Of a DNA stretch of 32,000 nt, positions 1 through 6,993 are shown piece after piece. The notes under the pieces were generated by a model, which saw nothing but the letters and a program-made list of their open reading frames with translations, did no database searches and had not been told where the DNA came from. The position numbers and the translations under genes were made by a program. This DNA comes from Methanocaldococcus jannaschii DSM 2661 (GTDB taxonomy: Archaea; AGJL01; Methanococci; Methanococcales; Methanocaldococcaceae): the NCBI RefSeq assembly GCF_000091665.1, contig NC_000909.1, positions 653,581 through 685,580 of the forward strand. Reading direction: 5' to 3'. The stretch's first letter is position 1; each line of letters begins with the position of its first letter.

Positions 1-254
1 TGCCCATAGGAATGAACTATCTTATCCTCACTCAGCTCTTCAGGCAATCCAATAATTGATATTGCCTTAAATGGACATCTCTTAACACATATTCCACAGC
101 CAGAACATAAAACTTCTGATATTACTGGCTTTCCTGTGTTTTCATCAATCTCTATTGTCTTTTCTCCCATTCTAACTCCTGGACAGTATTTCATACATTC
201 CATAGAACATTTCTTTGGCTGACATCTATCATAATCAATGATGGCCAATCTCAT
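1..254 (-). CDS. ABCE1 / RNase L inhibitor-type ABC ATPase; only the N-terminal Fe-S domain is in the window (the gene continues left of it)
   Basis: Reverse translation from the ATG at 254 gives [84 protein letters not shown]. It has two ferredoxin-like Cys clusters, as in ABCE1 N-termini. It is absent from the ORF track because it runs off the window. Confidence 0.8.
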   Translation of the reverse strand, partial: MRLAIIDYDRCQPKKCSMECMKYCPGVRMGEKTIEIDENTGKPVISEVLCSGCGICVKRCPFKAISIIGLPEELSEDKIVHSYG

Positions 255-345
255 AAAATCACCTCCTAATAAATAAAAACCTAATTTCATTTTAAATTTT
301 TAAAATAAAAGAATAGAAAAGCTTTCTAAAGAAAAATAGATTAAT

Positions 346-1347
346 TTATTCTTCTCTTACTCTTTTAGCTACTTCTTCAGCCATTTCAAATGTATTTAAA
401 TTACCTCCTAAGTCAGGTGTTGTTAAACCTAAAGCTAAAACTTCCTCCAATGCTTTTTCAACTTTATCTGCAGCTTCATACTCTCCTAAGTATCTAAGCA
501 TTAAAACAGCACTTAATATTGTAGCTGTTGGATTAGCTATCTTTTTTCCAGCAATATCTGGAGCTGAACCATGAACCGGCTCAAATAATCCATGTTCATC
601 TCCTATATTCGCTGAAGGAGCTAAACCTAATCCCCCAACAGTTCCAGCAGCTCCATCTGATAAAATATCTCCAAATAAGTTGGAAGTAACTACAACATCA
701 AATACTTGCGGTTTTGTTATGATATACATATTCATTGCATCTATGTAATAATCTTCTGCTTTTATATCGTCATATTCCTCTGCAACTTTATAAAATATCT
801 TTTTAAATAACCCATCAGTTAATTTTAAGACATTTGCTTTGTGAGCACATGTAACCTTTCCTTCTTTGCCCATCTTCTTTCTTTCCCTTGCTAAGTTAAA
901 AGCAAATCTAAATATTCTCTCACATGCTTTTTCTGTTATAACTCTTGTAGCTATTGTAATTCCTTCATCAATCTCTGCCTCTATTCCTTTATAAAGCCCT
1001 TCAGTGTTTTCCCTAACTATAACGTAATCAATATCTGGCCTTAGGCACTTAACTCCTTTGTATGCTTTAACTGGTCTAATGTTTGCATAAGTATCCAATA
1101 TATGCCTCAATTTAACAATAACATCTGCCGCTGTTTCTCCAGCCGCTCCAAATAAAACAGCATCACAGTCTAAGGCAGTTTCAATTGTTTCTTCTGGTAA
1201 TGCCTTACCAGTTCTTTTATAAACCTCATCCCCTGCCTCAGCATAGACAAACTCAAATGGCAAACCAGTAGCTTCTAAAACTTGAATTGTTGCTGGAACA
1301 ACCTCTTTACCAATTCCATCTCCTTCTATAACACATATTTTATGCAT
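346..1347 (-). CDS. leuB: 3-isopropylmalate dehydrogenase family (beta-decarboxylating dehydrogenase)
   Basis: Full-length match to the IPMDH/ICDH family pattern (GDGIGKEV, NLFGDILSD, GSAPDIAGK). The likely true start is the ATG at 1347, preceded by GGTGATAAGT. The track start at 1359 is a TTG. Confidence 0.85.
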   Translation of the reverse strand: MHKICVIEGDGIGKEVVPATIQVLEATGLPFEFVYAEAGDEVYKRTGKALPEETIETALDCDAVLFGAAGETAADVIVKLRHILDTYANIRPVKAYKGVKCLRPDIDYVIVRENTEGLYKGIEAEIDEGITIATRVITEKACERIFRFAFNLARERKKMGKEGKVTCAHKANVLKLTDGLFKKIFYKVAEEYDDIKAEDYYIDAMNMYIITKPQVFDVVVTSNLFGDILSDGAAGTVGGLGLAPSANIGDEHGLFEPVHGSAPDIAGKKIANPTATILSAVLMLRYLGEYEAADKVEKALEEVLALGLTTPDLGGNLNTFEMAEEVAKRVREE

Positions 1348-1541
1348 ACTTATCACCAAAAAGATTAATTATAGCAATATTAATAAAAATACTTTCACAT
1401 AAAAATGTTTTGTTGGTGACTTAAACCATATCAAAAATGATTAAAATACTCAACAAAAAACAACACAAAATATAAATACTTATAATGCATTACTTCCCTT
1501 AAAAGTTTTATTTTTAATTTTAAAATCATTTTGGTGATTAA

Positions 1542-2738
1542 ATGAGCCAAGAGAATTGGATAGATTTAGAGAAAAAATACCATCTCCAAATCTACGGAAG
1601 ATTACCAGTTGTTTTAGTTGAAGGTAAAGGAATGGAAGTTTATGATATTGATGGAAAGAAATATCTTGATTTCTTAGCTGGAATTGGAGTTAATAATGTA
1701 GGGCATTGTCATCCAAAGGTTGTTGAAGCAATAAAAAAACAGGCTGAAACTTTAATCCATACCTCCAACATATATTACACAATCCCTCAAATAAAATTAG
1801 CTAAAAAGTTAGTTGAGCTAAGTGGTTTGGATAGAGCATTTTTCTGCAACAGTGGAGCTGAAGCTAACGAAGGAGCTATAAAGTTTGCAAGGAAGTATGT
1901 ATCAAAAGTATTAGGAAGAGAAGGAGGAGAAATAATCAGCATGTATAACGCATTTCATGGTAGAACTTTAACAACACTGGCAGCAACACCAAAACCAAAG
2001 TATCAGGATGGGTTTTATCCTCTACCTCCTGGATTTAAGTATGTTCCATTCAACGATATAGAGGCGTTAAAGGAGGCTATAACAGACAAAACCGCTGCTA
2101 TAATGATTGAGCCTGTTCAGGGAGAAGGAGGAATTCATGTAGCTGATAAAGATTATTTAAAGGCCGTTAGGGATTTATGTGATGATAAAAATATCGTCTT
2201 AATCTTTGATGAAGTGCAGTGTGGAATGGGGAGAACTGGAAGGATGTTTGCCTTTGAGCATTATGGTGTTGAGCCAGATATTTTAACATTGGCAAAAGCC
2301 CTTGGAGGGGGGGTCCCAATAGGAGCTGTTGTTTTAAAGGAAGAGATTGCAAAGGCATTGAGTTATGGAGACCATGGAACAACGTTTGGAGGAAATCCAT
2401 TGGCTTGCTCTGCCGCTTTGGCGTCAGTTGAAGTTATAGAGGAATTGATTAAAGATGATAAAGTTATAGAGAAAGGTAAATATTTCATTCGAAAACTCGA
2501 AAACCTTATAGAGAAATACAACTTCATAAAAGAGGTTAGGGGATTAGGATTAATGATTGGAGCAGAGCTTGAATTTAATGGAGCTGATATTGTTAAGAAA
2601 ATGCTTGAGAAAGGATTTTTAATCAACTGTACTTCTGACACAGTTTTAAGATTTTTACCTCCATTAATTGTAGAGAAAGAGCATATAGATGCTTTAATTA
2701 ATGCATTGGATGAAGTATTTACTGAGATAAAAAAATAA
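1542..2738 (+). CDS. argD: Acetylornithine aminotransferase (class III PLP aminotransferase)
   Basis: Class III aminotransferase hallmarks are present (GHCHP, SGAEANE, DEVQCGMGRTG, TLAKALGGG, TFGGNPLA). GGTGATTAA precedes the ATG. Confidence 0.85.
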   Translation: MSQENWIDLEKKYHLQIYGRLPVVLVEGKGMEVYDIDGKKYLDFLAGIGVNNVGHCHPKVVEAIKKQAETLIHTSNIYYTIPQIKLAKKLVELSGLDRAFFCNSGAEANEGAIKFARKYVSKVLGREGGEIISMYNAFHGRTLTTLAATPKPKYQDGFYPLPPGFKYVPFNDIEALKEAITDKTAAIMIEPVQGEGGIHVADKDYLKAVRDLCDDKNIVLIFDEVQCGMGRTGRMFAFEHYGVEPDILTLAKALGGGVPIGAVVLKEEIAKALSYGDHGTTFGGNPLACSAALASVEVIEELIKDDKVIEKGKYFIRKLENLIEKYNFIKEVRGLGLMIGAELEFNGADIVKKMLEKGFLINCTSDTVLRFLPPLIVEKEHIDALINALDEVFTEIKK

Positions 2739-2972
2739 TTACTTTTTATTTTTATTTTCATCTTTCTTTTTTGGTTTAACCACTTTAATTAATATTGCAT
2801 TTGTAGGGCATCTACCAGCACAAAACTTACAGTTGTGGCAGTATTCTACATCATAGGCATAGTATTTTCCGTTTTCATCTTTTGTCCATATTAACGGCCC
2901 TTTTGGACATACATCATAACATCTTCCACATCCAATGCATTTCTCCCTATCTACAATTATCTCAACCGCCAT
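2739..2972 (-). CDS. fdxA: Small 2x[4Fe-4S] ferredoxin
   Basis: 77 aa with CIGCGRCYDVCP and CHNCKFCAGRCP motifs, and GGAGG before the ATG. It is convergent with argD; the two stop codons abut. Confidence 0.85.
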   Translation of the reverse strand: MAVEIIVDREKCIGCGRCYDVCPKGPLIWTKDENGKYYAYDVEYCHNCKFCAGRCPTNAILIKVVKPKKKDENKNKK

Positions 2973-3012
2973 TTTCTTCCTCCAAAATTTTTATATATTT
3001 CAACTAAATACA

Positions 3013-3121
3013 TATAGTTCATTGCAAAATGATTAAAATTAAATATGAAAATTGAACGCCTTCTTATAGAAGGCGTTCATTATAATTCCTTTTTATACCT
3101 TATATTTTGCAATGAACTATA
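3013..3121. promoter_or_regulatory. Perfect 18-bp inverted repeat pair (3013-3030 / 3104-3121) in the fdxA-ptr2 divergent spacer
   Basis: TATAGTTCATTGCAAAAT at 3013-3030 is the exact reverse complement of ATTTTGCAATGAACTATA at 3104-3121. Each arm carries a TATA-like AACTATA facing its gene. Confidence 0.7.
3053..3079. promoter_or_regulatory. GC-rich perfect palindrome with 12-bp arms and a 3-nt centre
   Basis: The sequence is TGAACGCCTTCT-tat-AGAAGGCGTTCA. Its centre (3066) coincides with the centre of the outer 18-bp inverted repeat (3067). Confidence 0.7.
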
Positions 3122-3152
3122 ATTGTTAGGTTATATTAATATTATTAATCAT

Positions 3153-3163
3153 CCGAAATTCGG
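3153..3163. promoter_or_regulatory. CCGAAATTCGG palindrome in the ptr2 leader (candidate Lrp/Ptr2 operator)
   Basis: Perfect 11-nt palindrome lying 4 bp after ATTAAT (3144-3149) and a TATA-like TTATATTAAT. It overlaps the GGTGAT ribosome-binding site ahead of the ATG at 3171. Confidence 0.5.
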
Positions 3164-3170
3164 TGATATT

Positions 3171-3593
3171 ATGGACGAAAAAGACCTAAAAATTATCGAA
3201 ATTCTTATGAGAGATGGAAGAAAATCATACACAGATATAGCAAGGGAGTTAGGAACAAGTGAAAGCTCCATAAGAAAGAGGGTCAAAAAATTGGAAGAGG
3301 AAGGAGTTATTAAGGGCTATACTGCAATAATAGATCCATCAAAGATTGGTTATAATGTCGTTGCCTTAACAGGATTTGATACAGAGCCTGATAAATTTTT
3401 AAATGTTGCAAAGGAACTCTGTAAGTTTCCAGAAGTTAAGAAGGTATTTACATCAACAGGAGACCACATGATTATGACAGAAATCTGGGCTAAAGATGGA
3501 AAAGAGTTCTCTGACTTAATATTTAACAAAATTGGAAAGATTGAAGGAATAAAAAAGATTTGCCCAGCAATTATTTTAGAGCAAATGAAATAA
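3171..3593 (+). CDS. ptr2: Lrp/AsnC-family transcription regulator (HTH plus RAM domain)
   Basis: [50 protein letters not shown]... is a typical Lrp/AsnC HTH followed by a RAM domain. I recognise it as the M. jannaschii Ptr2-type protein. The true start is probably the ATG at 3171 (GGTGAT upstream), not the TTG at 3123 used by the track. Confidence 0.85.
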
Positions 3594-3604
3594 ACTTATT
3601 GTTT

Positions 3605-4228
3605 TTATTTTAAAACTTTTCCTGTCCTTAAATACCAGATATACAAATCCAATTCAGAGAGTTTTAAATTAACCTCTTCTCCAATGTCTCTCAATATATT
3701 TTCAATCTCTAAGTATTTTCTCCTACTCAATGTCTTTGGAATCTCATCAATGTAGTTGTTTTCATAGAGTTCCCTCAATATATGCCTATCTATTATAGCA
3801 ACATCATCATAACCAACATTCCTCAAAAAGTGGCTCGCCTCTTTATATCCAATCCCCTTTATGTTTCTTACTAAAAACTCTCTTGCTACTTTCTCGTTTT
3901 CAAAACTCTCAACAATATCTTTAATGTTTTTAAATCTCCTTGCTAAAACAATATACTCTGCTCTCTTTCTATAGAATCTGTGACCTAAATTTTTTAATTT
4001 CTCTTCTAACTCTTCTCTTGGGAGTGTTAAAAACCCATCTCCTATTTCTTTCTGAATTCTTATTCCTCCTTCAGCTGTAAAATTAGCTGTTAAGATGCAA
4101 AAACACAGCTCTTTAAACCACTCCTCATTAGATTTATTTTTAAAAGATTTAAATTCCTGGATTCTTTTGTCAATAATATCTTTAATTTCTGAGTTTTTTA
4201 ATTCTTCAATCTTTTTAATTAGCATCAT
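3605..4228 (-). CDS. ogg: 8-oxoguanine DNA glycosylase, archaeal Ogg2-type HhH-GPD enzyme
   Basis: Carries the HhH-GPD signature NIKGIGYKEASHFLRNVGYDDVAIIDRHI. At 207 aa, its size and sequence match the archaeal Ogg family. Confidence 0.8.
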   Translation of the reverse strand: MMLIKKIEELKNSEIKDIIDKRIQEFKSFKNKSNEEWFKELCFCILTANFTAEGGIRIQKEIGDGFLTLPREELEEKLKNLGHRFYRKRAEYIVLARRFKNIKDIVESFENEKVAREFLVRNIKGIGYKEASHFLRNVGYDDVAIIDRHILRELYENNYIDEIPKTLSRRKYLEIENILRDIGEEVNLKLSELDLYIWYLRTGKVLK

Positions 4229-4323
4229 ATCACCACTAAAGTTATAAAAAACAGAAAAATTTTATTAAAAACTAAATTCATATCTCTTACGGTTAGATTT
4301 CAAAAATAAAAAAGCATTATATT

Positions 4324-5109
4324 TTAAAACAGAGCTGGACACACAGCAAAGTATGCAGAGCATTTGTTAATCTCTTCGTTTTTCTTCTTAATGTTTTCCA
4401 ATTTTTCAATTGCTTTAATATCAACTGTTTCTTTAACTTCAATTAATCCCTTCTCAGCCATCTCATTTATTATGTCCTCAACCATCTTGTTTCTAACAAT
4501 TACTGTGTTCCAGCCATCTTCACTTCCAACACTTCCAACTGATACATCTGCGTATTTAGCTGAGAAGTCAGTGCAAACCCTACATCCTAAGTTGCAGAGT
4601 TTTTCAATCTCTTTTATTGGAATTTCATAAACAACTTTTTCAGTTCCAGCAAAGCCTTTTTTCTTCAGTGTTTCAACGACAAATTTTCCTTTTGTAATGT
4701 TCATTTTAGCTACTTCATCAATATTAACTCCAAATCTCTCCTTTATAATGCTTTTTATTGTATCATAGTAGAAGTTTTTAGTGCAGAATAAACCAACCTT
4801 TAAAGTTAAATCAAACTGCAATCCTCCCAATATATGGCAAGGCAAACCAACCAATCCAACTTTATCATAGTTTTCTGTTGCATACTCCAACAACTTGTTG
4901 TTTGGTGATATTGAGTATTTGCTTTTTGTTGATTTTAGTAATTCAGTTGGTGTAGTAGCTAAGTAAGCTACTGGCTTCCAATTCTTATCTCCAACAACCA
5001 CTACTGCATCCAATATACCATTTTCTAAGCAGTAACTTAACAATGTTGTTGTAAATCCACCATCTTGGGCATCAATATTTAGTTTTGATTTTGCTGAAAG
5101 ATATTTCAT
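4324..5109 (-). CDS. FrhB-family protein (F420-interacting flavin/Fe-S subunit)
   Basis: Contains GLPCHILGG and the C-terminal CRVCTDFSAKYADVSVGSVGSEDGWNTVIVRN motif typical of FrhB/FdhB/FpoF-type subunits. GAGGTGATG precedes the ATG. Confidence 0.8.
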   Translation of the reverse strand: MKYLSAKSKLNIDAQDGGFTTTLLSYCLENGILDAVVVVGDKNWKPVAYLATTPTELLKSTKSKYSISPNNKLLEYATENYDKVGLVGLPCHILGGLQFDLTLKVGLFCTKNFYYDTIKSIIKERFGVNIDEVAKMNITKGKFVVETLKKKGFAGTEKVVYEIPIKEIEKLCNLGCRVCTDFSAKYADVSVGSVGSEDGWNTVIVRNKMVEDIINEMAEKGLIEVKETVDIKAIEKLENIKKKNEEINKCSAYFAVCPALF

Positions 5110-5150
5110 TATACATCACCTCAAACTTTTAAATTATGCAAAAATTAATT

Positions 5151-5328
5151 ATAAAGCTTCTTTTACCCTTATACAGTTGAAGAAGCAAGTTCCTACACCA
5201 TAGGAGGATACCTCCTATTGGGATACCACGGATGCATTGCCTCGCTACGCTCGGCAATGCCTCTTAGAATTTTAAATTTACGGCAATAATGCTTCCTTTA
5301 CCCTTATACAGTTGAAGAAGCAAGTTCC
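5151..5328. repeat. Direct repeat of the frhG-like 3' end (5156-5193 vs 5291-5328; 38 nt, 1 mismatch, offset 135 bp) bracketing a GC-rich insert
   Basis: GCTTC(T/C)TTTACCCTTATACAGTTGAAGAAGCAAGTTCC occurs twice. The lower copy still encodes ...TCFFNCIRVKEAL-stop in frame. Confidence 0.85.
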
Positions 5329-5928
5329 GCATTTAATACACTTGCTTATATTGACCTTTGGCTTTTCATCAATTGTTAAAGCGTTTGCTGGACACTTAGC
5401 AACGCATGTTCCACAACCAGTACAGAACTCATCATTTATTGGCTTATCATCACATCCTAAACATAACTCTTTATTTGAAGTTAATAAAACGTCATTAACT
5501 TTCATATAGGCATCAATAATTGGTTTTCCAGCAATAACTTCATAAGGTTTTAGTATTAAGTATGAATCAACGATTTCCTTGTCTTTTTCAATAACTGCCT
5601 TAACTATTCTTTCAACCTCTTCTTCATCTGGTGGGCAGCCAATTATTGCATAATCTACCTTAACAACATCTCCTATTCTAACAAATCTTTGTGGGAAGCC
5701 ATTCTCTAAACCAATAAGCATTCTTTGGAAACCCCCACTTACAGCACAGCTACCAACTGCTATCAATACTTTTGAGTTTTTTCTAATTTCCATTATTTTT
5801 TTAACTTCTTCCTCATCATCCAAATTAACAGCTCCTCCAACCAAAACAATGTCCTTTTCTTTTAATTGGTTATAATACTTCTTTTCAATGTTTTTGATAA
5901 TCTTACCACAAGAACCGCATCCGGTCAT
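5278..5928 (-). CDS. [NiFe]-hydrogenase small-subunit-like protein (FrhG-like) with a C-terminal 2x[4Fe-4S] domain
   Basis: Small-subunit motifs are present (TGCGSCG, VGSCAVSGG, IIGCPP), plus CTGCGTCVAKCP and CIKCGTCFFNC. GGGTGATTTT precedes the ATG. Confidence 0.8.
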   Translation of the reverse strand: MTGCGSCGKIIKNIEKKYYNQLKEKDIVLVGGAVNLDDEEEVKKIMEIRKNSKVLIAVGSCAVSGGFQRMLIGLENGFPQRFVRIGDVVKVDYAIIGCPPDEEEVERIVKAVIEKDKEIVDSYLILKPYEVIAGKPIIDAYMKVNDVLLTSNKELCLGCDDKPINDEFCTGCGTCVAKCPANALTIDEKPKVNISKCIKCGTCFFNCIRVKEALLP

Positions 5929-6051
5929 AAAATCACCCTCAACCTTTTAGTAAAAGCTTGACCAAAACGTGTCCATTAAGTTAGGGCTTTCAACCCTAAT
6001 TAATGTCCATTAGTTCAAATTATCCCCTATTTTCGTAGTTATCTAATTAGC

Positions 6052-6948
6052 TTATAAATAGTAGCATCTTTCACAGAGCTGAATGATTCTTTTTGCTTCA
6101 TCATTATCTACACTATCCAAAACTGCTTTGTTGAAGTTCTCACTTGTTAATATTGTGTAATCCAAAATCTCTCTTCCAAGTAACTCAACTTTGTGATAAA
6201 CGATTCCCTCTCCTCCTTCTATAACAGCCTCCCCAATTGCCTTTCCATCTTTTATAATTGGCTCCATGTATGGGTGTGTTAATTTTAATTTGTTTAAGAG
6301 TTCTATAATTTTATTTAAGCAGAATTCTATCTCAATCATTCTTGAAGATAACACATCCCATAAGTTTTTTGAATTTATTAAGCCCTCCTTATACATTCTT
6401 GCCAAAGACCCACTATAAACTACCTTTCCATCATAAAGGGCTGTTTTTGGTAAGCCGTTTGTTTCCACTTTATTAGCATCAAAGTTATAAGCATCAATCA
6501 ACTCAACATCTGGCAATGGAATCTTTGCCTTTCTCTCATCAACTAACTTAACAAAATCTTTATCAACTAAGTTTAATCCCTCTTTTGCCAAATTAATTAA
6601 TTTTTCTTTTCTTTTATCACTTATATTTTCTAAAACTCCACCAACAGCCAAATATTTAGCCTTTTTTCCTAACACAGATTTTATTTTGTTTCCAATATCT
6701 GCTAAATCATCTGTATTTTTAAATTCTCTCAACTTAATTGCATCTACTTCAACAATCTCCCCCAATCTTGCAATCTCCCTCAAATACTGCCCTTCATTTG
6801 GAACTGTTATGTTATAAGCTTTCTCAACAGCCATAACTCCTGCTAAAGCATGGGAGATTTCATTTAAACAGCATAACCTTGTCATAGCTGGGGGAATAAA
6901 ATCTATATCTTTCCCCATCATTGAGCTTTCAAACCCTCTAATTTTCAT
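6052..6948 (-). CDS. [NiFe]-hydrogenase large-subunit-like protein (FrhA-like), short and with non-canonical metal-site motifs
   Basis: The N-terminal motif is RLCCLNEISH where RxCGxCxxxH is expected. The C-terminus is QLCERCYYL-stop where DPCxxCxxH plus a cleavable extension is expected. Length is only 298 aa. Confidence 0.65.
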   Translation of the reverse strand: MKIRGFESSMMGKDIDFIPPAMTRLCCLNEISHALAGVMAVEKAYNITVPNEGQYLREIARLGEIVEVDAIKLREFKNTDDLADIGNKIKSVLGKKAKYLAVGGVLENISDKRKEKLINLAKEGLNLVDKDFVKLVDERKAKIPLPDVELIDAYNFDANKVETNGLPKTALYDGKVVYSGSLARMYKEGLINSKNLWDVLSSRMIEIEFCLNKIIELLNKLKLTHPYMEPIIKDGKAIGEAVIEGGEGIVYHKVELLGREILDYTILTSENFNKAVLDSVDNDEAKRIIQLCERCYYL

Positions 6949-6993
6949 AATTCCACCTTTTTAAAATGTTTTAAAAGTTTAAAAAGAATTTAA

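Noticed and set aside
2167-2761. Track ORFs 2167-2400(-) and 2363-2761(-), antisense to argD
   Set aside because: They lie entirely inside a well-supported aminotransferase gene on the other strand. Their composition is low-complexity (L/Q/S-rich), they have no ribosome-binding site, and they show no family resemblance.
3123-3170. N-terminal extensions in the track that begin at TTG/GTG codons (e.g. ptr2 at 3123, leuB at 1359, hemerythrin at 19886, polyferredoxin at 22307, rubrerythrin at 12952)
   Set aside because: In each case an internal ATG lies 5-10 nt after a GGTGA-type box and matches the expected family N-terminus. The extensions have no such signal.
5194-5286. The idea that the GC-rich hairpins after the frhG-like gene are an archaeal SECIS element
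   Set aside because: None of the neighbouring hydrogenase-like or cooS ORFs is interrupted by an in-frame TGA; their stops are TAA. The hairpins also lack the GAA/A internal loop followed by three G-C pairs that I recall for Methanococcus SECIS elements.
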